IMG/VR virus record: IMGVR_UViG_3300043177_000122
Coordinates: 294,994-358,993 of that record
DNA length: 64,000 bases
Direction: 5' to 3' (one strand)
From: a virus
Taxonomy: Duplodnaviria > Caudoviricetes
Shown: piece by piece, positions 1 through 9,111 of the stretch
Position numbering within the stretch: the stretch's first letter is position 1
Layout of the letters: the number at the start of each line of letters is the position of its first letter
Position numbers and translations under genes: made by a program
The notes under the pieces: model-generated
What the model was told of the DNA's origin: nothing
Seen by the model: only the letters and a program-made list of their open reading frames with translations
Databases searched by the model: none

Positions 1-1305
1 GTAATACTAGATGAACCAATTGTGATGTCTAATGATGGAATTTTAGATACTAGAAATCAAGGAACTATTGAATTTTGGATGAGTCCACTTTTTGATACTG
101 CTAATGATCCTAACTTGAGATATTATTTCGATGGGTTTGGCGCAGTTACAGAAACAGTTACAAGTATCAATAATGTGTCTGTTAAAATTTCCTCGCCAGC
201 CTCTGAAATACTTAGTGTTACATTAGCTGCGGGAGATCCAAAGATCGATTATTTTGTTGGTGGTAAATTAGAAGTTGATACTCAACACGCTTTACAAGAA
301 GATGCTATAGTTATGGGCACTTCTGTGGTTGTAGTTTCTCAGCCAATACTACAAGTAATTTCTGTTAAGGCTATTGGTGATTTTACTGAAAAAGATTACT
401 ATGCTGGTGGAACAGTAGGAGCTGATCGTAAAACCATTTTCCTAGGCACAGGTCTACCACAACCAAACATGCAAGTTTTGGTTACTTATCAAACAACAAA
501 TAACAATAATGTTACAATTAACACCCAGGTTATTAGATTAAACAGAAGATTGCCTGCTCAAAATTCTAAAGTTGTTGTAACTTACCTTCCAACTGGACTT
601 CAGGGCGACCGTATCTCAATTTATAAGGATCTCTATGGTTACATTAATTTCCAGATCAGAGCATCCGGGTTTGACTATGTAGTTCGAGGCCCAACTCGTT
701 GGGCTAGAAATACTTGGCATCGTGTTAAGGCTAGCTACAAAATCAACGGCGGAGTTGGAAACGATGAAATGAGACTGTTCCTTGATGGGTATCAGTATAC
801 TGATGTTCTGTATGGTCAAGGTCTTCAATTTGGTAAGTTTCCTATGGTTTATGGTTCTGTATCTGTTGGTGATGGATATGGTTTGATTGGAAGTATTCCA
901 TTCAAAGACCCGATTAACATTTTGAATATTGGTGCTGATTACAAAAAGAACAACTCAATATTCACTTTACTAGATAACTTTAGAGTAAGCAACATATCCA
1001 GGCCAATTTATGCGCCATACGGTGAGCCTTTAGATGCTAACTTCAGCAGCAATTTAAGTACCGTCTTCCCTGTTACTAAAGACCTATATACTACTTTGTT
1101 GTTAGATTTTGATAGGTTGAATGCCTTAAATACGAATTTTGCTACATTGATCAATAGAGCAACTGGAGCATTTGATTTTACTGTAAATATCTTCGATTCT
1201 TTTGGTATAGTAAGTAGTAGTGCTAAAGTTAAAGAAGTACTTGAAAACCTTATCAATATCCTGAAGCCAGCCAACTCCAGGGTGTTTATCAAGTATATTA
1301 CCTGA
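1..1305 (+). CDS. Virion structural protein (5'-truncated by window edge): LamG/concanavalin-A-like domain plus baseplate-type C-terminus
   Basis: Frame is open from base 1 (VILDEPIVMS...). LamG-like motifs GTIEFWMSP, WHRVKASY, MRLFLDG. C-terminus LINILKPANSRVFIKY resembles phage baseplate wedge termini. Confidence 0.7.
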   Translation, partial: VILDEPIVMSNDGILDTRNQGTIEFWMSPLFDTANDPNLRYYFDGFGAVTETVTSINNVSVKISSPASEILSVTLAAGDPKIDYFVGGKLEVDTQHALQEDAIVMGTSVVVVSQPILQVISVKAIGDFTEKDYYAGGTVGADRKTIFLGTGLPQPNMQVLVTYQTTNNNNVTINTQVIRLNRRLPAQNSKVVVTYLPTGLQGDRISIYKDLYGYINFQIRASGFDYVVRGPTRWARNTWHRVKASYKINGGVGNDEMRLFLDGYQYTDVLYGQGLQFGKFPMVYGSVSVGDGYGLIGSIPFKDPINILNIGADYKKNNSIFTLLDNFRVSNISRPIYAPYGEPLDANFSSNLSTVFPVTKDLYTTLLLDFDRLNALNTNFATLINRATGAFDFTVNIFDSFGIVSSSAKVKEVLENLINILKPANSRVFIKYIT

Positions 1306-1313
1306 GAGATATA

Positions 1314-4300
1314 ATGACAAAGCGAGCCCCCGTATCTATACAAAGACCAATCTGGTATGATGCCCAGCAGGTAGATGAAACAGACCTATCTACTGAGCAA
1401 ATGGCTAATGATACCATTGATGCTGCCATCATTAATAACCACATTGGTGGCGGAGTTCTCCCAGAAAATTTAGTCGCTAAAGTTTTATTTGATTCTAGTA
1501 AGGCAATCGGATTTCTAGATGGTCTTGCTATCGAAACTCAAGATCAGCCATCTGATAATAATTTAGGAAATCAGCTTTCTATTTCACTAACGGATTCGAA
1601 AGCTTCAGGGCATCGTCGTGTTAAAGTTGGTATTATTGGATTAGATTTCCAGTCCAATTTACAATTTGAGACATTTTACTTTAAGAATAACGAAACTCAG
1701 ACAAGCAGAAAACACTTCACAAGAATTCTAGTTTTACTATTCAACGATTTTATTGGAGACCCAGAAATCTCTTTTAATCTAGGTGGAAAGATAGTTATCT
1801 CAGAAGCTCTACCAATGACAGTTTCTAGAGATGTTGTTATGATTGCCCAAGATCAGCAACCAAATTTATTTTTCAGAGATTTCTTTTTAGACTCTTCTGT
1901 TAACAATCTCTCTATCGAAGCTATGTTGCAAAATGCTTTGCCACTTTACAACATTGATAGTTTGAATATTTTATCTGCTCCAGTAGATTTGCTACCAATT
2001 TTAAGTGGTGACGTTACTACGCAGATTGGTCAAAAGTTTCAGGCAACAACTAATAGCGTCCAAAAAATTTCTCTATTACTTGCAGTAAGAAACCAAGTTG
2101 CAGGACAACAAGATAATTTAGTTTGGAACGGAGATATCGTTGTTAGTATCTATCCATTACAAACAAGTATTGATTGTCCAACCGACTTTTTACCAAATCT
2201 TCCGATAGATTTCTCTCCATCCAATATCCCAATTGCCCAGATTAGTTACAACTATAATAGTTTAAAAGATGCTGGAATACTTTTAGATTCTGTTCCACAA
2301 CCGGTTGACTTTGTGTTTAGTAATAGTCCAATTGCAGGTGGAAATGTTATGGTTCCAGGACAATATTATGCTTTAGCTATTAAACGTTCTGGTTCAGCTA
2401 ATCAATGCGATATCTTAATTGCAACTGGTCAAAATCTAATTGACAATTCTAGAATTACTACTTTTACTGGAGCTTTATGGGTAGATATTCCAGACCAGGA
2501 TTTATGGTTTGTGGTTTGGACAGACGCCGCCAAGATTTCTGACGGCCAAGCTTATGATCAGGGTCATGGTGTTACTATTCCAAAAACCACTACAGATCCA
2601 ACTTCGCTGGCAACCATTGATAATTTATTCGGTGCTAAACAATTTGTAGGTAATGATGTTTTCCGTGCCGTACTTCAAGCAGTAACAGAAGTTTCTAGTC
2701 CAGTACCGGATCAAAGAACGGGTAATCCAGTAGACTCTCGTCAACAATATGTTCCTCAAGTTACATTGATGAATTCAATTGATATTGTTAATTTAGAGAA
2801 AACCTCTGAACCTCTCATTCTAGGGGCAATATCTGACAAAAATATCAAATTTTTTGATACCAGTCAGCAAAATATTAATTCCACATTGTACAGCGCTACA
2901 ATGGTAAGAGATGAGCTTGTTATTAGAATTGTTGATGACCCAACAGATACTGTTAGATTTGATCTAGCAGTTAGTGGGTTAGCAACCAGTTTACTCAATG
3001 GTGATTTAGTCGGGGCAATAATTAGACCAGATGCCGCCGCTCCATTCACAGCATATCGTATTGCTGATGCAAGACTATGTTCTATGATTTTAGGAGATGT
3101 AGATGGTAATGGAATTATTGATGAGAATGATCTTTCACTTCTAAATAAATTTATTGGTTACAATATGAATGTTGGCTTGCCACTTCATACAAATATCGTA
3201 ACAGACGGATATTCTACTGTTGTTCAAAATGGATATCAAACACTAACACAACCATTTGCTAATTTATTTGGTATTAGTTTCCAACTACTAAATCCTAATG
3301 ATGGGTATGTGGTAGCTTCAGCTTCCGATGGAGTTTTAGTTGCTAATCCAAATGATCCTTCTTTGGCTCAATTTACTAGTGCTACCATTCAATTCAACAC
3401 AATCGTAGGTTTAAGCACTTACAAACTAGTTATCTTAGATAGCGGTTCAAATGAAGCAGATTGGGGATCTTGGAACATTGTCGCTCTAGATTCAGGTCTA
3501 GACGTTTTGACTATTCAAAAAATTTACTTGACTGGCGATGTATTTGCTCAAATGATGAGAGCAGATATTAATGGAGATTTTGCTATTACTACAGCAGATG
3601 GATACCTATTAAATAGCTACATTGATAGATTGCCAACTACCGCAATACCTCATGCTACTTATCCTGCACCAAGCACTAATCCATATACTAAAATTGGTAC
3701 TCGTTTCAATGTTATTAGATTAAGAGTTGAGGGCCTTGTAGATAGATCGGATGATTACACTGCGGATCCAGCTAACCGCGCTGATACAGTACATCCATTA
3801 CAAGACATATTCTTAGGAAATGGATATCTAACAAGTCATGATTTCTACAACTCTCCAATCCAATTATCATTTACTAAACAGTTAGTTTGGGATCCTTCTT
3901 TAGTTATAACTACTGCACATCCAAAACTAGTTCCAAGCGTATTCACTTCTGAATCAGGAGTTGTACATAATATTTGTGAAATTGAAGGTATACAGTGTAA
4001 TGTTTATCCAGTACCGCAAACATTCGATCCTGGTAAGGTAGATTTCTTTGTTCCTAATAATCTTATCATTGGAGATGGTGAATTACAGAGACCTGATGGT
4101 TACTTCTATAAAGTAGATTTTGAAGTTGGTACTGTCGTTCTAGAAATCCCAGATGGTTTATTTGGTTCTGAAAGAACTATTGATATTATGAACGATTTCA
4201 TTGCAGATTATACTGGTAACGGAGCTACTCGTCTTGGATTTCCATCCATGAGATTCGCTGACTGTTCATATGTTCAAAGGGACGCGCTTTCCAAAGATCA

Positions 4301-5339
4301 AATTAGATTCTCGGTTTCTGTACAGTCTTTCTCTCCAAATACAAATGGCTTGAGTCCAGATGGATATACTGGGGCCATTGTAGATGGTAAGATGGGTGTA
4401 AGCGTAGACTTTGAAACCGGTTTACTTACTTTGAACTTCACTAATTTGTACCAAGATGCTACATTGAGAACTTTGAGCACGAAGATTCAGGTTCACGTCT
4501 TTTTAAAGAAGGGTGGATTCAATAACGAGCCGCTCTTTGTTAATGCTACTAAGGTACAAAATATGCTGAGCTTAATTAGCGTATTTAGCGGCGCTAATGA
4601 TGGCGGCCCATCAGCTTTAGTTGATCTGGGTAATGATGTTACTGGTATTCTACCAATTCTAAATGGTGGTACTGGACTAAATGATGTAGGATCATTTGGT
4701 ACAGTTCTAACGAGTAATGGAAGCGGTTTAAGTTATCAATTTGTTAACACGCTACTTAATGTTATACCATTTTCTACTGGTATTCCAGACGCTGATAAAG
4801 TGCCCAAACTAGATGGTTATGGATTCTTAGACCCAAGCTTTATGTACAAACAACCAATGTACATTCCAATTGTGTCTGGATCTTATTCAAATGATGGATA
4901 TACTCCTGCTGCTATTGGTGCTTGCATCTTTAGATTTGATAGTTTCATTTTAGAAGGCCTTGACAGTATTAAATTAGAATGTATAGTAGAAAGCACAAAT
5001 ACAGCTAACACCGCAGCTATTAGACTCTACAATGTAAATACTAATAGCTATGTACTACTGAACGGTATTAGCCCTGTATTGACGACTAATAATACTCAAG
5101 CTACTTATCTAGTTTCTCAGGATCTAAAGTCGCTTCTATCAGCCGGAGCTACGAATTGGATTTATGAAGTTCATTTGAATTCTGATCCTGGTGGCAGCTT
5201 AGATACTTCTATTTGCAAAATGGCGAGATTGGTAATGACATACAATAACTTGACACTAAACGGTTCGGCCCAGATTGCTCCTCCATTAGCTCACAGTTAT
5301 AACTTTGTACCATTCCTACCAAGCCCAACTCCAGTATAA
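1314..5339 (+). CDS. Large virion structural protein (1341 aa) with two dockerin-like Ca-binding repeats and a fibre-type C-terminal region
   Basis: GDVDGNGIIDENDLSLL (3093-3158) and ADINGDFAITTADGYLL (3561-3623). LPILNGGTG fibre motif. C-terminal domain similar to the two repeats in 56168..57550. Confidence 0.65.
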   Translation: MTKRAPVSIQRPIWYDAQQVDETDLSTEQMANDTIDAAIINNHIGGGVLPENLVAKVLFDSSKAIGFLDGLAIETQDQPSDNNLGNQLSISLTDSKASGHRRVKVGIIGLDFQSNLQFETFYFKNNETQTSRKHFTRILVLLFNDFIGDPEISFNLGGKIVISEALPMTVSRDVVMIAQDQQPNLFFRDFFLDSSVNNLSIEAMLQNALPLYNIDSLNILSAPVDLLPILSGDVTTQIGQKFQATTNSVQKISLLLAVRNQVAGQQDNLVWNGDIVVSIYPLQTSIDCPTDFLPNLPIDFSPSNIPIAQISYNYNSLKDAGILLDSVPQPVDFVFSNSPIAGGNVMVPGQYYALAIKRSGSANQCDILIATGQNLIDNSRITTFTGALWVDIPDQDLWFVVWTDAAKISDGQAYDQGHGVTIPKTTTDPTSLATIDNLFGAKQFVGNDVFRAVLQAVTEVSSPVPDQRTGNPVDSRQQYVPQVTLMNSIDIVNLEKTSEPLILGAISDKNIKFFDTSQQNINSTLYSATMVRDELVIRIVDDPTDTVRFDLAVSGLATSLLNGDLVGAIIRPDAAAPFTAYRIADARLCSMILGDVDGNGIIDENDLSLLNKFIGYNMNVGLPLHTNIVTDGYSTVVQNGYQTLTQPFANLFGISFQLLNPNDGYVVASASDGVLVANPNDPSLAQFTSATIQFNTIVGLSTYKLVILDSGSNEADWGSWNIVALDSGLDVLTIQKIYLTGDVFAQMMRADINGDFAITTADGYLLNSYIDRLPTTAIPHATYPAPSTNPYTKIGTRFNVIRLRVEGLVDRSDDYTADPANRADTVHPLQDIFLGNGYLTSHDFYNSPIQLSFTKQLVWDPSLVITTAHPKLVPSVFTSESGVVHNICEIEGIQCNVYPVPQTFDPGKVDFFVPNNLIIGDGELQRPDGYFYKVDFEVGTVVLEIPDGLFGSERTIDIMNDFIADYTGNGATRLGFPSMRFADCSYVQRDALSKDQIRFSVSVQSFSPNTNGLSPDGYTGAIVDGKMGVSVDFETGLLTLNFTNLYQDATLRTLSTKIQVHVFLKKGGFNNEPLFVNATKVQNMLSLISVFSGANDGGPSALVDLGNDVTGILPILNGGTGLNDVGSFGTVLTSNGSGLSYQFVNTLLNVIPFSTGIPDADKVPKLDGYGFLDPSFMYKQPMYIPIVSGSYSNDGYTPAAIGACIFRFDSFILEGLDSIKLECIVESTNTANTAAIRLYNVNTNSYVLLNGISPVLTTNNTQATYLVSQDLKSLLSAGATNWIYEVHLNSDPGGSLDTSICKMARLVMTYNNLTLNGSAQIAPPLAHSYNFVPFLPSPTPV

Positions 5340-5351
5340 TATTTGAAACCC

Positions 5352-5379
5352 TTGACATCCTAATTTTTCGAACTATGAT
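5352..5379 (+). promoter_or_regulatory. sigma70-like promoter
   Basis: TTGACA (5352-5357), 16 nt spacer, TATGAT (5374-5379), in the intergenic gap before 5423. Confidence 0.7.
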
Positions 5380-5422
5380 GCTCCTCTAGTAAGGCGCGGT
5401 TTATCCGCAGAATTTTGGAAAA

Positions 5423-6118
5423 ATGTTAAGAGAAAAATTATGGAAAATTTTCCAACTACCCTCCCCTAAGGAATTAGGCTGGTCTGATAGCAATGCTTTA
5501 CCTGTAGCACTGTTTAAGCAGGCCAATAATGATACTCCCACTTGGGAAGATTGGGATAACAAGATGCGCAAGGAATATCCAATAAGATATTTCTTTGCCG
5601 AAACATTGCCCTTTTGGTTTAAAACTAAGATTCGTCGTCATGTGAAAGACATAATCTATTTTCTTAAGTGTCATCTGTTACCTAGTCATAGATATCATTT
5701 TTTGGATTTGAGGCAGCCAAAAAAGAAGGGTAAGTATAGCTATCGTTGGGGATGGTTAGATTCTGATAGTAAGATGATTTATGCTCTGTTCAATATTTTG
5801 AATACATTTGTTGAAGAAGAGTTACCAAACATGTATTGTCCCTCTGAAGAGGATGTTAATGCAAATCCGTACATGGCCTCACAGCGCAATCATTATCTAG
5901 AAATAAAAGCAATTCATTATTGGTGGAATATTGAAAGAGAACGTCATGTTCAATTACACGATGATTTACTAAATAGATGGTTAACAGCCAAACAGACACA
6001 CGATCCCGCCGAGCATCAACTCTTGGATGAGCTTCAGAAAATGGAAGCGGCAGCAGAAATTAAAGAAGATGAAATGATTAGCAGGCTTATCAAGATCCGC
6101 CGTTCACTCTGGACCTGA
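5423..6118 (+). CDS. Hypothetical protein (231 aa)
   Basis: Long ORF downstream of a promoter; no recognised motif. Confidence 0.75.
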   Translation: MLREKLWKIFQLPSPKELGWSDSNALPVALFKQANNDTPTWEDWDNKMRKEYPIRYFFAETLPFWFKTKIRRHVKDIIYFLKCHLLPSHRYHFLDLRQPKKKGKYSYRWGWLDSDSKMIYALFNILNTFVEEELPNMYCPSEEDVNANPYMASQRNHYLEIKAIHYWWNIERERHVQLHDDLLNRWLTAKQTHDPAEHQLLDELQKMEAAAEIKEDEMISRLIKIRRSLWT

Positions 6119-6131
6119 TATAGATGGGTTC

Positions 6132-7277
6132 ATGAAAGTTTGTTGGTTTGGATTCCTCGCTAAAAATCACAGTTGGTCAATCGTTGCTCAAAATCTATCT
6201 AGAGAATTCATTAAATTGGGACACCAGGTAGATTTATTTTCTACTAATGGTACACAGCATTTTCCAGAAGACCTTAAACCTAATTTGAAAGGTTTTGTTA
6301 CTGAGGAAGAAGGGGTGACACCAGATCAGTATGTTGAGAAGATTGCCTCTAAACTAGATGCTAATTATGATATGCAAATGTCGTACACAGCACTCCGTAA
6401 TTTCTGTAATTATTTTGTAAGGGGGAACAAGAATAGATTTGGTATTTGGAATTATGAAACCACTAAATTACCAACAGCATTTTCTAAACATGCCAAATGT
6501 GTTGACTTAGTTTTGCCATCTTCTCAATTTTCTAGAAAAGTATTTACTGATAATGGTATGTCACCTGAAGTACAAGTTGTTGTACCTCATGGCATTCACT
6601 TAGAGAGATTTGCTAATTTAGGTAAGTATCCATTAAAGACTAATAAGAAATATAAGATATTGGTCAATATAGCGCAGCCTCATTTGCGCAAGAATATACC
6701 TGGCCTACTTAAAGCTTTTGGTAAAGCTTTTACTAAAGCAGATGATGTGTGTTTAGTATTAAAGGTATCTCGTAAGAGTGCCAACAATAATCTAATGGCA
6801 TTTGACGTGTCTTTTAATGATATTTATTCTCGTTGGCAAAAAGAATATCCACAACATGCCGAAGTAGAAATCATTGATAAGTTTATCGTTGATATTGAGA
6901 CTTTATACAATGCATGTGATATTGTATTCACAATGACACATGCGGAGTGTTTTTGGATGCCTGGGCTAGAAGGGTTTGCTGCGAATAAAATTGTGGTAGC
7001 ACCAAGATATGGTGGACAATTAGATTATATGAATGATGATAATTCTATTCTAATAGATGGTAAAATTATTAGAGCAGATATGAGAATGCAGTATTGGGAG
7101 CCCTCTCCATATGCAGAGGTATTTGATCCCGATCAGGAGCAAGCTGCGGCTAAGTTAAAAGATTTAGTTGCTAACTATGATGATTATTTAAAGAAATTTT
7201 CTCCAGGCATGCAAGAAATGGCCCATAAGTTTACTTGGGAAAATGCAGCTAAACAGATTATAGGACTATGTAAATGA
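6132..7277 (+). CDS. Glycosyltransferase, GT4-like (GT-B fold)
   Basis: VVPHGI, RKNIPGLLKAF, ACDIVFTMTHAECFWMPGLEG (ExF.x.x.xE motif), VVAPRYGG. Confidence 0.88.
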   Translation: MKVCWFGFLAKNHSWSIVAQNLSREFIKLGHQVDLFSTNGTQHFPEDLKPNLKGFVTEEEGVTPDQYVEKIASKLDANYDMQMSYTALRNFCNYFVRGNKNRFGIWNYETTKLPTAFSKHAKCVDLVLPSSQFSRKVFTDNGMSPEVQVVVPHGIHLERFANLGKYPLKTNKKYKILVNIAQPHLRKNIPGLLKAFGKAFTKADDVCLVLKVSRKSANNNLMAFDVSFNDIYSRWQKEYPQHAEVEIIDKFIVDIETLYNACDIVFTMTHAECFWMPGLEGFAANKIVVAPRYGGQLDYMNDDNSILIDGKIIRADMRMQYWEPSPYAEVFDPDQEQAAAKLKDLVANYDDYLKKFSPGMQEMAHKFTWENAAKQIIGLCK

Positions 7278-7987
7278 CAACTGACCCAAACTATAAGGCA
7301 CTAAGCATTGTTATTCCAGTCTTCAATAAATGGAATTTTACCAAGTCTTGTTTAAAGGATTTAGTACAATTGCCAAGCGATCATGAAATCATCATTATTG
7401 ATAATGCCAGTACTGATGAGACTAATGTTGAAATCAACAAGTTCTGTGATGAATTATTCAAAACTAATCCTACTGGATGTGGCGTTGCATATATTCAGAA
7501 TAAAGAAAATACTTTTCACTCAAAAGCTTGTAATCAGGGTGCCCGAATTGCGATGGGTGAACGCATCTTATTTCTGAACAATGACATAAGGGTTCGTGCC
7601 AACCATTCTACATGGACTAAGCAAATCATTGAAACTTGTGATGCTACTCAAGGACTAGTTGGACCAACCATGGGGCTTCTGGATAAGAACCTTAATTTCG
7701 TTAAAGAGGCCAACGAACAATTAGATGGTAATAGTTATCTTGGTGGTTGGTGTATTGCTGCACGCAAAGAAGTTTGGGAAAAGGTTGGATATTGGAATGA
7801 AGAATTTCCTTTCTATTTCAATGATACTGATCTAAGTTTTCGTGCTCGTCAAAAACAGATTCCTATTACTGTTGTGAAGCTGTTAGATGTTACCCATTTT
7901 GGTAAAGTCTCAGCGCAACAAATTAATATTCCGAAATTGTATCAAGAAGGAAGGAAAGTCTTCCTTAAACATTGGTCTAAAAAGTGA
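7274..7987 (+). CDS. Glycosyltransferase family 2
   Basis: LSIVIPVFN, IIIIDNAS, FLNND, F.FYFNDTDL. Confidence 0.9.
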   Translation: MTTDPNYKALSIVIPVFNKWNFTKSCLKDLVQLPSDHEIIIIDNASTDETNVEINKFCDELFKTNPTGCGVAYIQNKENTFHSKACNQGARIAMGERILFLNNDIRVRANHSTWTKQIIETCDATQGLVGPTMGLLDKNLNFVKEANEQLDGNSYLGGWCIAARKEVWEKVGYWNEEFPFYFNDTDLSFRARQKQIPITVVKLLDVTHFGKVSAQQINIPKLYQEGRKVFLKHWSKK

Positions 7988-8382
7988 ATGATTACATTAT
8001 TGATGCTGCAATCTTGTACCGAGATGCTCTAAAGGAGAATCAAGTGGAATTATTAGTTCCATTAAATGATTTGAGAATTGTTTATGTGCCCAATATGCCA
8101 CATTCTCATAGAACTATATAGATTCGGATGGACCTTATTCTATTTTACAAAACAGAAAATTCTGATGATTGGGCTGATTTTCTTAGAGTTAGCAATTCTC
8201 CTATTGGAACTCAACGAGGCGTTTATTTTATCGGGATAAAAGATGATGATATCGATTATTATGTGACTAAAATGGCGTGCGATAATATGCAGCAAACTTA
8301 TTCTCGCTCTCTACGCCCAACTTATTTTGAAATAAATCCCGATTATTTATTAAAGATACCGAAACTATTAGCATTTGCCTAA
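7984..8382 (+). pseudogene. 132-codon frame with one internal TAG (8119-8121): interrupted gene, read-through gene, or two small ORFs (7984..8121 and 8128..8382)
   Basis: GTG at 7984 overlaps the upstream stop (GTGA). The frame continues past TAG in frame with the 84 aa track ORF. Confidence 0.35.
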
Positions 8383-9041
8383 TCATCAAACCTAAATTGA
8401 TGTGTTTCACAATATGATTTGAATAATTCATATTTCCTACTCAAATAGATAGTGGCATCTTGATAAATCCAATCAAGAATTTTTTTGACCTGACGACTGC
8501 CGCCACTATCTAGCCTATACGTATTGTTTGCGTATCTCTTTGGGCGGCTAACATAAGAATTTATTCCTAACTCCGATTTAAGTACATTTTGAATAGTTTC
8601 AATCATCTCTTTAGTTGATACCATCTGAACATTCATTTGATCATCTGATTTATTAATATGCAAACAGCCATCTCCATCAAAATATCCTCTAATAAAATGT
8701 CGTATCAGTTTTTTATCTAACCAATTAGGAAAAATTGTATTAAAACTTTTTGTCTGATGGCATCCTAGTGAGGCTAATGTTTTTGTAAGATGTTTACTAT
8801 TCAATTCCAATCTATACGCAATGTATTTTCCTCCATTTTTGTTTTGTACGAAAGGCTCACGTGGTTGGCCAAAGAAACGCGCACATTTATATAAATGTTC
8901 TTTGTCTCGTTCTTGTAACTCAACAACTAATCTTCCAAGTTTTTCGTTATTATATGCGTTGGCATAAAAGAAACCAAGCCAATATGCTTTTTCTTCAGTG
9001 TCGATGTTATCCATTAAATTTTTATTTATCGAGTACTTCAT
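8379..9041 (-). CDS. Free-standing LAGLIDADG homing endonuclease (first motif degenerate)
   Basis: KAYWLGFFYANAY and FIRGYFDGDGC. Start refined to MKYS at 9041; the track start at 9089 is a longer upstream TTG. Confidence 0.85.
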   Translation of the reverse strand: MKYSINKNLMDNIDTEEKAYWLGFFYANAYNNEKLGRLVVELQERDKEHLYKCARFFGQPREPFVQNKNGGKYIAYRLELNSKHLTKTLASLGCHQTKSFNTIFPNWLDKKLIRHFIRGYFDGDGCLHINKSDDQMNVQMVSTKEMIETIQNVLKSELGINSYVSRPKRYANNTYRLDSGGSRQVKKILDWIYQDATIYLSRKYELFKSYCETHQFRFDD

Positions 9042-9043
9042 CT

Positions 9044-9060
9044 TGATATATAATATATCA
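9044..9060. promoter_or_regulatory. Palindrome TGATATAT-A-ATATATCA between divergent genes
   Basis: Perfect 8+1+8 inverted repeat carrying the recurrent TGATATA motif on both strands. Confidence 0.5.
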
Positions 9061-9111
9061 TGAAATGCCCGAATTGACAGAAGTAGCATTCAGAAAGTGT
9101 TTAGGTGTAAA

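Noticed and set aside
9097-9111. Track start (GTG 9097) for the glycosylase
   Set aside because: It would add MFRCKI before the catalytic Pro, and the SD position favours 9112.
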